Source of the DNA: Candidatus Omnitrophota bacterium
GTDB taxonomy: Bacteria; Omnitrophota; Gorgyraeia; Gygaellales; Profunditerraquicolaceae
Length of the DNA stretch: 51,479 nt
Assembly (NCBI GenBank): GCA_025453445.1
Contig: JALOQJ010000004.1
Location: 1 to 51,479, forward strand
Direction of reading: 5' to 3'
Position 1 is the first letter of the stretch, and every line of letters starts with the position of its first letter. The position numbers and the translations under genes are program-made. A model generated the notes under the pieces. The model made no database searches, was not told the origin of the DNA, and was given only the letters and a program-made list of their open reading frames with translations. Shown here piece after piece: positions 50,169-51,479 of the stretch.

Positions 50169-51254
50169 CTACCAGGCAACTTTCACAAATACAGTCGGGC
50201 CAGAAAGAGTATTATTGACGTTTCTGATGATATCCGCATTCGAATAAGCTTCTTTCCCGGCTTCATGCCCGGATTCTTTTGATTTATGCTGACGGCGGAT
50301 CATGTAGTTATAACCAAAACCACCTGAGATATGTTTGGTGAATTGATACTCGAACTCCGCTTCTAAATCAACGCCGTAACCTGAATATCCGGAATCGCCC
50401 TGCTGCCACGGGTAATCCCTCATATTCCACCAGCCATGGCTGTTGGTCTTTAGCCAGGCATAGGCAAAACTTAAGCGAGTAGCAAGCTTTTTATAAGAAT
50501 ATTCTCCCCGGGCGCCTAAGCGCGGGCCGCGATAGAAGACTTTATAGAATGAGTCATGGCCAAGCGATTTTTCACTCACAGGGATGTAGTTATCTACTGT
50601 GTCTGTTGCATCATATAAGCCATAGCGGCCTTTTTGGTATTGATAGCCGCCAAAAATATCTACAGTCATTCTGCTGTCTTTGCCTGCCAGAAGAAAATCA
50701 GATAACTTATCGGTGAAATCCTCATATTTGCCTTTTTCCAGATTCAGCAACCGGCCGTAAATATTAGCATCAAAAAAAGTAACTTCTGTTTTACAGGTAT
50801 CTGTTGATTCTGTCCAAACCAATCCACCCGTAGCGTCTTTCCAGTCTGTATCTGTAGAGGTAGAATCTTTCATCTGGAGTATTCTGCTATTGCTGAATCT
50901 GCCTCCTACAGAGAGGCGGGGCAAAATATGTAATTCCCCTTTGAAAATCATAGCTTGTCCGCGCTGCGGAAATTTTAAACGCGAAATTAAAGATTCATCG
51001 CTGTCTATAACGTCAAAAGTTTGTTGGCCGTGGCTGGCAAACATTAATTGAACGCTTAAATCGAGAAGTTCTTTTTTTGCAAGGTTTTCATTTTTAACCA
51101 GTTTTGCCGGTTCCAGTAAGTTTGTTGTATTTGATTTTACTGCGTTAGTTCCTTGATTGGCAGGGGGGATGCTGCTTGTTTGTGAAAAAGCCGTAAGCGG
51201 AGAGGATAATAAAAGTGCCAAGGATATCATTATAGCTAACCTTACGAAAAACAT
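50169..51254 (-). CDS. Putative outer-membrane beta-barrel protein
   Basis: Signal peptide (LALLLSSPLTAFSQ), alternating amphipathic Tyr/Gly-rich strands, and a terminal aromatic residue (VKVAW). Confidence 0.55.
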   Translation of the reverse strand: MFFVRLAIMISLALLLSSPLTAFSQTSSIPPANQGTNAVKSNTTNLLEPAKLVKNENLAKKELLDLSVQLMFASHGQQTFDVIDSDESLISRLKFPQRGQAMIFKGELHILPRLSVGGRFSNSRILQMKDSTSTDTDWKDATGGLVWTESTDTCKTEVTFFDANIYGRLLNLEKGKYEDFTDKLSDFLLAGKDSRMTVDIFGGYQYQKGRYGLYDATDTVDNYIPVSEKSLGHDSFYKVFYRGPRLGARGEYSYKKLATRLSFAYAWLKTNSHGWWNMRDYPWQQGDSGYSGYGVDLEAEFEYQFTKHISGGFGYNYMIRRQHKSKESGHEAGKEAYSNADIIRNVNNTLSGPTVFVKVAW

Positions 51255-51384
51255 GCTTACCTCCTTAATTTTGTTGTAATATATTTAATATGACCATGTT
51301 GCATTAATTTTAAACGACGTAATTAATAAAGTCAAGGAATTTGTATTTTGATAAGTATAGATAATCATTGTCAATGCAGTATTA

Positions 51385-51412
51385 TTGACAAACGCTGTAT
51401 TTGCGTTATACT
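51385..51412 (+). promoter_or_regulatory. Sigma70-type promoter of the terminal partial gene (near-leaderless)
   Basis: TTGACA (51385-51390), a 16-nt spacer, then TATACT (51407-51412). The ATG lies 9 nt downstream with no SD. The -35 element is one arm of the palindrome TTGTCAAT-8 nt-ATTGACAA (51368-51391). Confidence 0.45.
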
Positions 51413-51421
51413 TAATCCACA

Positions 51422-51479
51422 ATGATTCAAAAAAAACACGAATTATATATGCATGAAGCTTTAAAAGAAGCAGAGAAGG
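51422..51479 (+). CDS. Partial CDS, possibly tRNA adenosine(34) deaminase TadA / CMP-dCMP deaminase family (N-terminus only)
   Basis: MIQKKHELYMHEALKEAEK resembles the N-terminal helix of TadA-like deaminases. Only 19 codons lie in the window. Confidence 0.3.
   Translation, partial: MIQKKHELYMHEALKEAEK

Noticed and set aside
51405-51421. A DnaA box / oriC signal (TTAATCCACA) near the window end, given dnaB in the window
   Set aside because: It is a single imperfect match to TTATCCACA with no cluster of boxes and no AT-rich unwinding element. In addition, dnaB is not a marker of oriC.

Overview
This window comes from an AT-rich (by eye) diderm, LPS-making bacterium, probably an uncultivated lineage; I cannot assign the lineage from sequence alone. 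From about 13.4 kb onward nearly everything is a co-directional (+) run of housekeeping genes. These include hisG, a split transketolase, ispE, the spoVG-glmU-prs-ctc-pth block, rpsF-ssb-rpsR-rplI-dnaB, bamA-skp-lpxD-lpxC/fabZ-lpxA-lpxI, archease-rtcB and serS. There is also a c-di-GMP/two-component set: CHASE2-HD-GYP, PilZ, GGDEF, a GAF/PAS histidine kinase with a degenerate GGDEF domain, and two CheY-like receivers. I folded seven tRNAs by hand: Gln, Arg-TCG, Lys, Ser-TGA, Ser-CGA, Ser-GGA and Arg-ACG. The clearly accessory region is 0.76-11.9 kb on the minus strand. It holds two tandem PilV-like/PilW-like/giant-PilX-like pilus-tip modules with three paralogous ~1000-aa proteins. These show mosaic gene-conversion signatures, and one carries a GC-rich in-frame insertion with homopolymer tracts. 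This is my best candidate for an undescribed system. A second accessory patch lies at 45.6-47.8 kb: two tRNA-Ser genes, structured repeats with compensatory hairpin changes, a GIY-YIG protein, a DinD-like protein and 460 nt of non-coding DNA. A small GC-rich element (CCTGAGC-N2-3-GTCGAAGGG) occurs three times. Each copy is flanked by a duplicate of the terminal part of the adjacent gene: the tRNA-Arg 3' end, the tRNA-Lys 5' end, and the last 8 codons of rtcB, which differ only synonymously. I saw no CRISPR array, integrase, transposase, reverse transcriptase or recognisable defence gene.
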